A DNA stretch of 64,000 nt from Vulcanimicrobiota bacterium (GTDB lineage Bacteria > Vulcanimicrobiota > Vulcanimicrobiia > Vulcanimicrobiales > Vulcanimicrobiaceae): assembly GCA_963714015.1 (NCBI GenBank), contig OY970223.1, positions 864,001-928,000 of the forward strand, in the 5' to 3' direction. The position numbers were made by a program, and so were the translations under genes. This document shows positions 49,860 to 60,084 of the stretch, piece by piece. The notes under the pieces are model-generated. The model had not been told where the DNA came from, did not search any database, and worked only from the letters and a program-made list of their open reading frames with translations. The stretch's first letter is position 1; each line of letters opens with the position of its first letter.

Positions 49860-50164
49860 GTGACCAGCACCTGCAAGAAACTGCATCGGAGAAACTTTTG
49901 CGCGACACGAACATCGTTTTGTACCAAGCCGAGTGGTGCCCATACTGCGCCAGGGTCAGAGCCAAATTGACGGACCTTCTCTTAGATTACAAGTGCGTAA
50001 ACGTGCCGCACGAACACAGCGGGCGGACCATTGTCAAAGAGGTGTCGGGGCAGACCGGGATTCCGGTGATGGTCGACGGCGACGTCGTCTTGAGCGACGA
50101 CGACGACATCATCCCATACCTGGAAAAAACGTACTCCGAAGCATCGCAAGCTCAGCACCGCTAA
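49860..50164 (+). CDS. glutaredoxin / GST-N family protein (start uncertain)
   Basis: LYQAEWCPYCARV...SGQTGIPVMVD...DDIIPYL. Confidence 0.88.
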
Positions 50165-50180
50165 GCGGTTAGCCGCGCCG

Positions 50181-51281
50181 TCACGGCGCGACAGGGGTCA
50201 TTTCGAAAGCGGTCACCGTACCGTTATCAATGCCGCGCCCGACAATCCATCCGTTGTTGTTGATGCCGAAGGCGTCGAGCGACGTCCAACCGGAACCGGG
50301 GCCGACCATCGACGAAAGCCCTTCGATTTTTCCATTTTGGTAGATAAACCCATCACTGGTGCGGGATTGGGTGTCGCCGCAGAAGCCCACCACCTGATCC
50401 GAATCGTTAAGCGCCGTTGCCTGACACTTTCCGATGGACAACGATGGAATCCGGATCATTTTCGTGCCGTCGTAAAACCAGGGAATCGGATTACCTTTCG
50501 AATCGGCGGCGTAGCCCGCCAGATGCTGTTCTCCGTTGATTGCAACGGCAGTGGGGCTCGTATAGCCGGGCAGCGGGCCGAGGTCCCGTATCGACGTCGG
50601 GGTGTACTCGACTGCATGCTCGGCTTCGCCGACCATCTCGAAGCCGGCGCCGTCGCCTAAACGGTTGATGCCGAAGCCGGCGCTGCCGGTGCTTCCGGGC
50701 AAATGCGGCGGCTGCACAAAGTGCCCGTCCGGATAAAAGTACATCGTAACATCCGTGCCGTTCACGATGCCGCTTCCGATTGTCAGGCCGGAGTCGTTTA
50801 TGGCTTCCGCGACGGGATAAGTGACTTTGTAGAGCGATTGGAAGTCGATCAACTTGTTTGCCGGCGTCCATTTAACGCCGCACTCGCACTTGCGATAATA
50901 CGCTGCTCCGACCGCTGCGTCGTGGTTATTGACGGAGACTGGAAACGCGCCGCGTTGCGGTGCCGAAAGACGAATCAACTTGCCGTTTTCAAATTTCAGC
51001 GGAATCCATTGCGAGTTATGAAGGACTGAACCGACCGCGACACCTGCGTCGTTGATTGCACGCGCGCTCGCAAACGTCGCTCCCGCCAATGTTCCGAGAT
51101 CGACGATTTTGTATCGCGCCGCCGCGCGAAAACCTCGACTGAACGACAAGGAGTTGTTCTCGGCCCCACCGCCGGCGAACGGCGTCGTCCTTTGCGCATA
51201 CCCCGAACAAGCCGACAACAAGCCGACACCAAGCGCGGCGAAGAAGCAGAACGATAAACCGGTGAGCCCGATAGTTTTCAT
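50181..51281 (-). CDS. HAF-repeat extracellular lipoprotein
   Basis: Lipobox LSAC; repeated DLGTL...ARAIND.G..VG units. Confidence 0.88.
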   Translation of the reverse strand: MKTIGLTGLSFCFFAALGVGLLSACSGYAQRTTPFAGGGAENNSLSFSRGFRAAARYKIVDLGTLAGATFASARAINDAGVAVGSVLHNSQWIPLKFENGKLIRLSAPQRGAFPVSVNNHDAAVGAAYYRKCECGVKWTPANKLIDFQSLYKVTYPVAEAINDSGLTIGSGIVNGTDVTMYFYPDGHFVQPPHLPGSTGSAGFGINRLGDGAGFEMVGEAEHAVEYTPTSIRDLGPLPGYTSPTAVAINGEQHLAGYAADSKGNPIPWFYDGTKMIRIPSLSIGKCQATALNDSDQVVGFCGDTQSRTSDGFIYQNGKIEGLSSMVGPGSGWTSLDAFGINNNGWIVGRGIDNGTVTAFEMTPVAP

Positions 51282-51371
51282 AGCGACGGTTTCCTTCCGA
51301 GGCAGCCGTAATTCAAAGCGTCTTTGTTGCCGTTCCTTCGAAGCTCCGTTCAGTTAGGCCAAATTGGACGC

Positions 51372-52151
51372 CTAAAGGGCCATGGCAAGAATCGCCGCAA
51401 GCACAGCGCCGCTCAAAGTCGCGAGGGCGTTTACTGCGTCGTTGTTCATCCAGGCGCGGCCGCGAATTCGCTGCGTCGCGGTGCCGCACACGTGCGGATT
51501 GGTTTCGCACTCGCGCCGGCATTCGGGGCAGTAACGCAGATCCTGCGTGCTCGCGCCCAGCAGCGAGTCGACTAGGGCACCGCCGATGCCGCCGGCAGCG
51601 ACCGGAATCAGCGCGCCGACGCCGCATTTCCAAGCCACCGCGCCAACCAGCAATCCGCCCGCGACCTCGGCCGCCGTGCCCAGCGGGGTAACGCCGCCGG
51701 ACAGTCCGGCCGCGATCGGCCGAAGCGTCAGAATGGAGCGAGGCGCCGTACGAGCCAGCGTGCCGATCTCCGTCCCGAACGTGTCCGCCGCGGCGGCCGC
51801 AAACGCGCCTGCGAACGCCGCCGCCAAGACCGGCGAATGGTCAGCCGCCGCAGCGACGGCGCAGAGCGCCGCAACGCCGCCGTTCGCCAGTACCTGCCAC
51901 TGGTCGCGGGCCCCATGTTTGCCCATGTCGGTCAGACGCCGTTTGGCGGCACGTCCGGCGCGCGAGAGCAGCGTCGAGGGAATGAAAAATGCGAAGAGCA
52001 CCGCCGCGTACGGCCAGCCGCCCGAACCGAACACGCATGCTCCAATCGCGAAGGCGGCCGCCGCGCCTCCCGGGGTGAGCGCACGCGCGCGCCGCGCCGC
52101 AAGGGCGATCAGCGCGGCAAGCGCCGCACCTGCAGCGACGCGCGCGGCTAC
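51372..52151 (-). CDS. DUF92 (TMEM19) membrane protein (start uncertain)
   Basis: RDQWQVLANGG, ADTFGTEIG, SGGVT, DSLLGA, NNDAVN; Cys cluster CPEC...VC. Confidence 0.9.
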   Translation of the reverse strand, partial: VAARVAAGAALAALIALAARRARALTPGGAAAAFAIGACVFGSGGWPYAAVLFAFFIPSTLLSRAGRAAKRRLTDMGKHGARDQWQVLANGGVAALCAVAAAADHSPVLAAAFAGAFAAAAADTFGTEIGTLARTAPRSILTLRPIAAGLSGGVTPLGTAAEVAGGLLVGAVAWKCGVGALIPVAAGGIGGALVDSLLGASTQDLRYCPECRRECETNPHVCGTATQRIRGRAWMNNDAVNALATLSGAVLAAILAMAL

Positions 52152-52927
52152 ATTGCCGATGCGGTGCTCTCCAGGGCTCGCAGCAGCCCGTCGGCCGTGT
52201 ACTCCTGCGCGACCGCATCGACGCGTAACCCGATCGCCTGCGCTTCTCGTGCGGTGATCGGCCCGATGCACGCGACCACTTTGCCATGTCCCGCTTTCGC
52301 GGCAGCGTCCGCTCCGCCGAGATTGCGGGCAAAGCCCCGTACGGTACTGGCGCTGGTGAACGTGAGGACGTGGCAGGACGCGACCTTGTTCGCAAACTCG
52401 GGATCGTCGCGCCACACGGTTTTGTAAGCAGCGACGACATGCGCTTTGCGTTCCGCGGCGTTCAAACGGCCGGGCAGCACGTCGCGCGCTTCTTGCGCGC
52501 GGTAGATCAGGATTTCGTCTCCGGTCTTTGAAGCCGCAATCAGCGCCTGGGCGAGATCTTCGGCAACGAACGACTGGGGAACCAAATCCGCGTAAACGCC
52601 GCGCGCACGCAACGCTTGCGAAGTTTTTATGCCGATCGCGGCGACCCTTGCATCGCCCAAAGCTCGGGCATCTTCACGCTGTTCTTCCAAACGATCGAAA
52701 AACGCATCGACGCCGGTGGCGCTGGTGAAGACGATCCAGGCGTGATTGCGCGCCGTACGCACCGCTTGTTCGGCGGCAGCGACGTCGTCAGGCGGTTGGA
52801 ATTCGATGGTGGGCGCGATAACCGGGATGGCGCCGTGCTCGCGCAGCGCTGAAGCGAATGTTTCCGCCCCGCGCACCGGACGCGTGACAAGAACGCGTTT
52901 GCCGGAGAGCAGGCTACTCGTCGGCAT
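52148..52927 (-). CDS. hemD: uroporphyrinogen-III synthase
   Basis: VLVTRP, IVFTS, AIGIKT, AYKT, FTSASTV, CIGPIT. Confidence 0.95.
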   Translation of the reverse strand: MPTSSLLSGKRVLVTRPVRGAETFASALREHGAIPVIAPTIEFQPPDDVAAAEQAVRTARNHAWIVFTSATGVDAFFDRLEEQREDARALGDARVAAIGIKTSQALRARGVYADLVPQSFVAEDLAQALIAASKTGDEILIYRAQEARDVLPGRLNAAERKAHVVAAYKTVWRDDPEFANKVASCHVLTFTSASTVRGFARNLGGADAAAKAGHGKVVACIGPITAREAQAIGLRVDAVAQEYTADGLLRALESTASAM

Positions 52928-54219
52928 CGGGCGCGGGATGCGCCACGTTCAGTTCAAACAGCTCGTCGAGCACGCGCACGTGATCGAGCGCTTCCGAACG
53001 ATTGTTGATCGTTTTGTCGCGAATCTTCGTCACGACGGTGTGCAGCAGCTTCGAGATGATCGTCATCGACATGCCGGTGATCAGCATCTTGTCGCGTTCG
53101 GTCAGATTCGGGCAACGCGCGAAAAGCCGTTCCAGTTCGGCGGCGCGAATGCGCTCGGATTTTTTCGTCAGCGACGCGATCACCGGAACGGCGGCGCGCG
53201 ACTGATACCACTGCCCAAAGCGCTCCAGGTATTCCTCGATGATCTCTTCCACTTGCGGAATCGCTTCGCGCCGAACTTCCAGTTTCTCGGCGACGTGCGA
53301 TTTCAGTTGGTCGATGTCGACGACGCTCACACCGGGAATGCTCCGCAACCTCAGGATGCACGTCGCGAGGCACCGCGATGTCGACGATGAACAGCGGTTG
53401 GTTCGCGCGCCGCGCCATCGCTTCGTTGACGATCTCCGGGGTCAAAATGAAGTTCGGCGCGCCGGTCGAGGTCACCACCACGTCGGCGGCGGCGAGCACG
53501 TTCGCAAGCCCCGAGAGATCGACCGCGTTGCCGAAACCGATTTCGCCGACTACCTCATGCGCATTCCTCGCCGTGCGGTTCGTCACGATCAGATTCTGTG
53601 CGCCTTCGGCGTGGAAGCGCTTTGCGGCGGTCCGTCCCATCTTTCCGGCGCCGATGACGGCGGCGTTGCGATCGAGCAGCGATCCGAAATGCGCTTTGGC
53701 CAGATCGATAGCGGCGGTCGCAACCGAGGCCGACTCTTCGCCGATGCGCGTCTGCGTGCGCGCGGCTTTTCCGGCGCTCATCGCTTCGCGGAAGAGGCGG
53801 TGCAGCGTTTTGCCGAGCGACTTTGCGGCCTGGCCCGCGGCGAACGCATCCTTGACTTGACCCAAAATCTCCGCCTCGCCGATGAGCATCGAATCCAGGC
53901 CCGTGCTGACGCGCAAAAGATGCTCGACGGCTTGGCGGCCGAGCAGCGTGTAGAGGTACGACTCCAGATCGTACGCCACCATGCCGTGCCGGAAGTTCTG
54001 TAAAAACGACTTGATCTGCGCAACGCCGGCTTCGTAGTCGTCGACGTCGGCATAGATCTCGATGCGACCGCAGGTCTGCAGCATCACGGCTTCGCGCACC
54101 GCTTGGTAATCGCGCAGCGCGACGAGCGCGGCTTCCATGCGGGAGGGCGGAAACGCGTGGCGCTCGCGCACTTCAACGGGCGCAGTGTGATGCGAGAGAC
54201 CGATGCAGACTAACGGCAT
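52914..54219 (-). CDS. hemA: glutamyl-tRNA reductase (frameshift near 53345)
   Basis: TCGRIE, GLDSMLIGEAEILGQ, GAGKMG, DIAVPRD; the C-terminal domain continues in the next frame. Confidence 0.95.
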
Positions 54220-54337
54220 GCGCTAAATCGTATACCCGTATCGAGAAGAATCTCTGAACCGGCTCCCATAACCGGTTCCCATGGATGCCGGATGCGGGGA
54301 CGGCGGCTGTTGCCTGCTTGGCGGCGGTGCTCGTCGA

Positions 54338-55651
54338 TCACGGCGCGTCCAGGACCGGCTGTTGCAAAATCGACTCCAGAGCGTCATCAGCGGCGCTAAT
54401 CGTGCGCTCGATCTCGCGCGTCGTATGTGCGGTGGAAAGAAAGCCCGCTTCAAATTGCGAGGGTGCGAAGTAGACGCCGCGGTCGAGCATGGCGTGAAAG
54501 TATTTCGCGTACAGCGCGGTGTCGCTATGCATCGCATCTGCGAGATCGCGCACCGGCGCTTCACTGAAGTACGTGCAGAACATCGATCCGGCGTACGCGC
54601 TGTAATGCGGAATGCCGTGCTTGTTGAAGACTTCGTGCAGCCCGTCGCACAGCAGCTTCGAGAGTACTTCCAACCGATCGTAGAGCGTCGCGTCGCTTTG
54701 AATTGCCTGCAGCGTGGCAATGCCGGCCGCCATGGCGAGCGGATTGCCGCTGAGCGTTCCGGCTTGATAGACGGCGCCGTCCGGAGAGAGCTCCGCCATA
54801 ATCTCACGTTTTCCGCCGAATGCGCCGACAGGCAGACCGCCCCCAATCACCTTACCCAGCGTCGTCAGGTCGGGCGCGACGTTCTCGCGATCTTGGGCGC
54901 CGCCGCGTGCAACGCGAAAACCCGTCATGACTTCGTCGAAGATAAGGAGCGCGTGCTGTTCCGTGCAGAGATCCCGCAGCTTCTGCAAAAACCCCGGCGC
55001 CGGCGCGACCAGTCCCATGTTACCGGCGTACGGCTCGACGATGATTGCGGCGATCCGGTTGGGATGCGCTTCAAAAGCTTGCGCAACCGCATCCGCATCG
55101 TTGAACGCAATAACGATCGTGTCTTGTGCTGCGCCTTCGGTGACGCCGGGTGAATTCGGCACGCCGTTCGTAAGCGCGCCGCTTCCGGCCGCGATCAAAA
55201 ACGAGTCGGCGTGGCCGTGATAGCAGCCGGCGAACTTCACGATCTTCGATCGCCCGGTGAACCCGCGCGCGAGACGCACCGCGCTCATCGTCGCTTCGGT
55301 ACCGCTGGAGGTGAAGCGGATACGTTCGACCGACGGCATCATGCTTCGGATGATTTCGCCCAGATCCGATTCGGCTTCGGTCGGAGCACCGAACGAGCTG
55401 CCGCGCTGCGCCGCCTGCACTATCGCTTTGACCACTGCGGGGTGCGCGTGCCCCAGGATCAATGGCCCCCACGAAAGCACGTAGTCAATGAATTCGTGGC
55501 CTTCGATGTCGGTAATCGTCGCGCCCGATCCGCTTTTCATGAAAACGGGAGAACCGCCCACAGCGCGAAAGGCGCGCACGGGCGAATTGACGCCGCCCGC
55601 GATAATGCCGCGCGCGCGTGCAAAGGCCGAGATGGATCGTTCGAGGCGCAA
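54338..55651 (-). CDS. hemL: glutamate-1-semialdehyde 2,1-aminomutase
   Basis: GGVNSPVRAF, SGTEA, FDEVMTGFR, GKVIGGGLP, AGTLSGNP. Confidence 0.98.
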   Translation of the reverse strand: MRLERSISAFARARGIIAGGVNSPVRAFRAVGGSPVFMKSGSGATITDIEGHEFIDYVLSWGPLILGHAHPAVVKAIVQAAQRGSSFGAPTEAESDLGEIIRSMMPSVERIRFTSSGTEATMSAVRLARGFTGRSKIVKFAGCYHGHADSFLIAAGSGALTNGVPNSPGVTEGAAQDTIVIAFNDADAVAQAFEAHPNRIAAIIVEPYAGNMGLVAPAPGFLQKLRDLCTEQHALLIFDEVMTGFRVARGGAQDRENVAPDLTTLGKVIGGGLPVGAFGGKREIMAELSPDGAVYQAGTLSGNPLAMAAGIATLQAIQSDATLYDRLEVLSKLLCDGLHEVFNKHGIPHYSAYAGSMFCTYFSEAPVRDLADAMHSDTALYAKYFHAMLDRGVYFAPSQFEAGFLSTAHTTREIERTISAADDALESILQQPVLDAP

Positions 55652-55678
55652 GTCTTTCCGGTTCCTACTTCTTACGAT

Positions 55679-56260
55679 TTACGATTGTAGCAGTGTTTCA
55701 CGGTCCGCCGCTGTGTCAATGTCGGCAAAGGCGCGCTCGTCGGAAAGGCGCACGCGCTTGGCGCTCAGACGTTCGACGGCCTGCGCGACCCCTCCCGAGC
55801 CGTTGGTCAAAACATCGCCCGACACGGCCAAAAGCGCGACCCTATCGTAGAGGGCGCACAGGGGCTCGAGGCGTGCCTGAGCGTTGACCGGAACCACCGC
55901 TTGGACGCCAGGCTCCCACGCCGCCAGCAGTTCCCGAACGACCCCGGCATTCACGTACGGCGCATCGGCGGCTGTAACAAAGACCAAAGCTTCGCGCACG
56001 TACGTGAGGACCGAGTGCAGCGCGGCCAGTGGCCCGCGGCGCGGCCAGCGGTCTATGACGATGGGGCACTCCAGCGCGCCGTCGATGTCGGGCGGGAACG
56101 AGCGGTTGGAGGATATGTACACCGGTCCGGCCGGCGTCAAATTGCGATAAACCCGCAGAATCAGCGGCAAACCGCCGGCGTCCGATTCCAACTTGCCGGG
56201 CAAACGGCTCGACTCGCCGCCTGCCAGGATGACGACGCCGACGCGCTCAGCGCTGGCCAT
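55679..56260 (-). CDS. mobA: molybdenum cofactor guanylyltransferase
   Basis: ILAGGESSR, GPLAAL, AADAP, EPLCALY, DIDT. Confidence 0.9.
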   Translation of the reverse strand: MASAERVGVVILAGGESSRLPGKLESDAGGLPLILRVYRNLTPAGPVYISSNRSFPPDIDGALECPIVIDRWPRRGPLAALHSVLTYVREALVFVTAADAPYVNAGVVRELLAAWEPGVQAVVPVNAQARLEPLCALYDRVALLAVSGDVLTNGSGGVAQAVERLSAKRVRLSDERAFADIDTAADRETLLQS

Positions 56261-57239
56261 GCCGCGCGGCGAAATCTTTCGCGAAATACGTGATAATAAT
56301 ATCCGCGCCGGCACGCACGAACCCGGTCAGCAGCTCGTCGACTGCGCGTTGTTCGTCGATCCACCCGTTTTGCGCTGCCGCTTTGATCATGGAATACTCG
56401 CCGCTGACGTTGTAAACGGCAATCGGCACGTTGAAAGCATCCCGCGCCGCCCGCACGACGTCCAAGTACGGAAGGCCGGGCTTGACCATCACGGCGTCGG
56501 CGCCTTCTTCGATGTCGAGCGCGATCTCGCGCAGCGCTTCGCGCACGTTCGGCGGATCCATTTGGTAACTGCGGCGGTCGCCGAATTGCGGCGTCGAATC
56601 GGCCGCTTCGCGAAACGGCCCGTAAAATGCGGATGCGTATTTGGCGCTATACGAAAGGATAGCGATGCGTTCGAAGCCTTCCGAATCCAGCGCTTCGCGA
56701 ATGGCGCGCACTCGTCCGTCCATCATATCCGAAGGCGCGATGACGTCGACGCCGGCGCGCGCATACGTAAGCGCAGTGCGCACCAAAATTTCGACCGTCG
56801 CATCGTTGTCGACGTCACCGAACGCATCGATTGGTCCGCAGTGGCCGTGATCGGTGTATTCGCAGTTGCACAGGTCCGCTATCACGAGCATGTGCGGAGA
56901 AGACTCTTTGATAGCGCCGATCGCGCGCTGCACGACACCGTTGGGATCGTAATTGCGCGTCGCCATGGCGTCTTTGGTTTCGGGAATGCCGAACAGCAGT
57001 ACGCTGCGCACGTCGAGCGCATCCAGGACGCCGGTTTCTTGCACCGCGCTTTCAACCGTGTACCGGTGAATGCCCGGCATCGATCCGATCGGACCTGCGT
57101 CCGCAGCGCGTTCGACGATGAAGAGCGGCTGAACGAGTTGTTCCACGCTTACACGATGTTCGCGAACCAGCGCCCGCAGCGTGGCGGTGCGGCGAAGGCG
57201 GCGCGGGCGCATCAACTGCTGAAGACGCGTGCGGATCAT
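56247..57239 (-). CDS. hemB: porphobilinogen synthase
   Basis: RPRRLR, CNCEYTDHGHC, SDMMDGR, FYGPFR, MVKP, YNVSGEY. Confidence 0.98.
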   Translation of the reverse strand: MIRTRLQQLMRPRRLRRTATLRALVREHRVSVEQLVQPLFIVERAADAGPIGSMPGIHRYTVESAVQETGVLDALDVRSVLLFGIPETKDAMATRNYDPNGVVQRAIGAIKESSPHMLVIADLCNCEYTDHGHCGPIDAFGDVDNDATVEILVRTALTYARAGVDVIAPSDMMDGRVRAIREALDSEGFERIAILSYSAKYASAFYGPFREAADSTPQFGDRRSYQMDPPNVREALREIALDIEEGADAVMVKPGLPYLDVVRAARDAFNVPIAVYNVSGEYSMIKAAAQNGWIDEQRAVDELLTGFVRAGADIIITYFAKDFAARHGQR

Positions 57240-58391
57240 ACCGAATCCTTCGGCGCCGCGAGCAGTTCTTCCGCGCCGTCCGCCAGAAGCGCGCGTGCAA
57301 GATCGGCGCCGAGCGACTGCGCCCGGACCAAATCGTCCGCCTTCCCGCGCACGGTCGCGCGCAGCACTCGGCGTCCGTCGAGCGAGGCGATCACACCATC
57401 GGCGCGCAGTGTCCCGTTCTCAAACCGGGCGTGGATCCCGATTGGCGCCTGGCAGCCCCCTTGGAGCGCGCGAAGCGCCGCCCGTTCGCAGGTGATCGCG
57501 CGTTCGACTTCCTCGTCGTTGGCAGCGATGCGCAGTTGTCGCGCCAACTCGACCGAGTCGAATCGCGTCTCCACCGCAAGCGCCCCCTGTCCGACCGCCG
57601 GCACCATCGTGTGCACGTCGAACGGAATCGTGTATTTGGCATGAAGGCCGAGGCGTTTTAAACCGGCGCAAGCTCAAAACGATCGCGTCGTATTGACCGT
57701 CGCGCAGCTTACGCATCCGCGTGTCGACGTTGCCGCGAATCGTTTCGTAACGCAAGTCGCTGCGCAGCGCTGCCAGCTGTGCGCGCCGCCGCGAACTGGA
57801 CGTACCGACCCGCGCACCCGCCGGGAGATCCTGAAACAAAGGATAAGTTTCGCTGCAGTACGCGTCGCGCGGGTCCTCGCGCGGCGTAATGGCCGCGATC
57901 CGCATGCCTTGGGACAATTTTGCCGGCAGATCCTTGCACGAATGAACCGCATAGTGCGCCCGTCCATCGCTAAGCGCAATTTCGAGCTCTTTGACGAACA
58001 GGCTCTCCGATCCGATTTCAACGAGCGGCCGATCTTGCACGCGATCGCCGGTCGTAGCAACGTTGAGAATGGTCGTTGCGATACCGCGCTGAGCCAAACG
58101 TGCCGCAACGGCGCGCGCCTGCGTTAGGGCCAGCGCGCTGGAACGCGACGCGCAGATGACGGAGGCCGTAACGAAACTCGGCCCTTCGGGATTGCGCATG
58201 CGCACCACGACGTCCTCGAGCATGTGTTCGGCCTGAACCGGATTCATGGCTGCAAGCTCGTCGATCGGAACCTGCGCGAGTTCGTGAAAGATGGCCGCGC
58301 GTTCCGCTTGCGGCGCGGCAGTGTTCACGTAGGTGCGCAAGTGCTCCAGCGTTCGAAGCGCCGCTTCGAGTGCGTCCGCATCGTTTTTCAT
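57236..58391 (-). CDS. hemC: hydroxymethylbilane synthase with ~75-aa N-terminal extension (frameshift near 57672)
   Basis: SRSSALA, TTGDR, FVKELE, VHSCKD, GTSSSRR, RGNVDTR; PAVGQGAL and GGCQAPI in the second frame. Confidence 0.95.
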
Positions 58392-58436
58392 CCCTTCGCA
58401 TGAGTTCGCTGCAGCCTTGCCCAAAACTCTCCGCTG

Positions 58437-60074
58437 ATGCAGAAACCTTGGCGCGCCGCGCTCATCGGCGCGGCGGCCGGCGCGCTGGTTACGGTGCCCG
58501 GCCTGGGAAGCGGCACATTGTGGGACAACAGCGAGACCGCTTACGGCGAGGTAGCGCGCGAGATACTGTTGTCGCACGATTGGGTCGTTATGCATTTCAA
58601 CGGCTCGCCGTGGTACGTGCAGCCCCCGCTCTACTTTTGGATCGCCGCGATCTGCGCGAAGATCTTCGGCATCGGATCCTTTGCGCTGCGACTTCCGTCG
58701 GCGCTCGCGACGATTGCTATGGGCGGGATGACGTCGTACGCCGTGAGCCGGCAAGCGGGTACGCGCGCCGGCATGTATTCCGGCATCGTGCTCTCCACGT
58801 GTTTGATGCAGGCAATCGTCGGGCGTTTGGCCATCATGGACGCGCTGCTCGATCTAGCCATTGCATTTGCGGTTTTTTGGTGGTTCCGCTGCGTGCAAAC
58901 CGGGCGCGATCGTTACCTCGTTTACGGATCGATTGCGGCGGCGCTTGGTTTCTTGGCGAAAGGACCGGTCGCGCCGGTGATCGCGCTTCTCGTCATCGTC
59001 CCCTACACGATTTGGGAAGCTCGTGCCTCGCGCGCGCACCCGCCGTCATGGCGTGGCTGGCTGGGCGGGATCGCCCTGTTCGTCATCATCGTCGCACCAT
59101 GGTTCGGAGAGCTGGTCGCGCGTACGGGCGTAAGCTCGGTCATGCAGTTGATCGGACATTACACGTTCGGCCGGTACACGGGAACGATCGAAAATCAAAG
59201 CGGTCCGGTTTGGTATTACCTGCCCGTATTAATTCTCGGATTCTTCCCGTGGATCGCGTTCTTGCCGTCGGCCGTTGGGTTTTCCGTTTCGTGCCTGAAG
59301 GCCGGCGCCGTTAACGAAGCGCAGCGCAACACCCGGCAAATGATGCGTCTCTCCCTAGTCTGGGCCGTTGCGCCGCTGGTGTTTTTCAGCTTTGCCCATA
59401 CCAAGCTCCCGAATTACATCGCGCTGGAGTTTCCGGCTTTGGCGGTGTTGGTAGCGCTGTATTTCGACGATGCGGTCGAACGAGTGCGAAGCCGATCCGC
59501 GCTCTGGTCAGCCGCGGCGGTTCCGGCGACCATTCTGTTCCTGGCAATTGCCATTGCGATCTTTTCGCGCGACAACCGGCTTACCGCAGACGTTCACGGT
59601 GTAGCCGACGACATGCTGTACGTCGGCGGAGCGATTTTTGCGGGAGCTGTGGTTGCCTTTGGTCTGATCCTAACAGAGCGGGGGCGAGTCGCGGCGCCGT
59701 ACGCGCTGGGCGTTTCTATGGTGTTGGCCGTTGCGTCGATTGCCTTCTTGGCGTTGCCCGCCGCGGAGCAATTCAAGCCGATTCCGCACCTCGCGCGAAT
59801 CATCGAGCACAATCGGGAGGCCGGCGATGCCGTGGCCATAGGCGATGTCGCCGGAGGCAATGCCCTCGTATTTTACACATCACCGGTAGTGTATACGCTG
59901 CGCGCGCCCTATTCGTCAGGAAGCATACTTTGTTCGGCGCCGCGCACTTGGTTGGTGGCGCCGCGAGCGTTCGATCCGCCGGCCTTCGGTCGAACCTTGC
60001 GCCGCGTTTCGGCTTGGGGAAAGGCCGATCTCTATCTTTACCAGGGGCCCGCCTGTACGGCACGAAAAACTTAA
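58437..60074 (+). CDS. ArnT/GT39-like lipid-carrier glycosyltransferase
   Basis: SETAYGEVAREI, QPPLYFW, LAKGP, TKLPNYI; many TM segments. Confidence 0.92.
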   Translation: MQKPWRAALIGAAAGALVTVPGLGSGTLWDNSETAYGEVAREILLSHDWVVMHFNGSPWYVQPPLYFWIAAICAKIFGIGSFALRLPSALATIAMGGMTSYAVSRQAGTRAGMYSGIVLSTCLMQAIVGRLAIMDALLDLAIAFAVFWWFRCVQTGRDRYLVYGSIAAALGFLAKGPVAPVIALLVIVPYTIWEARASRAHPPSWRGWLGGIALFVIIVAPWFGELVARTGVSSVMQLIGHYTFGRYTGTIENQSGPVWYYLPVLILGFFPWIAFLPSAVGFSVSCLKAGAVNEAQRNTRQMMRLSLVWAVAPLVFFSFAHTKLPNYIALEFPALAVLVALYFDDAVERVRSRSALWSAAAVPATILFLAIAIAIFSRDNRLTADVHGVADDMLYVGGAIFAGAVVAFGLILTERGRVAAPYALGVSMVLAVASIAFLALPAAEQFKPIPHLARIIEHNREAGDAVAIGDVAGGNALVFYTSPVVYTLRAPYSSGSILCSAPRTWLVAPRAFDPPAFGRTLRRVSAWGKADLYLYQGPACTARKT

Positions 60075-60084
60075 CCGCGCCGTC

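Noticed and set aside
54277..54303. Tandem ACCGG(C/T)TCCCAT repeat upstream of hemA
   Set aside because: Only two copies; could be a regulator site, but the evidence is too thin.
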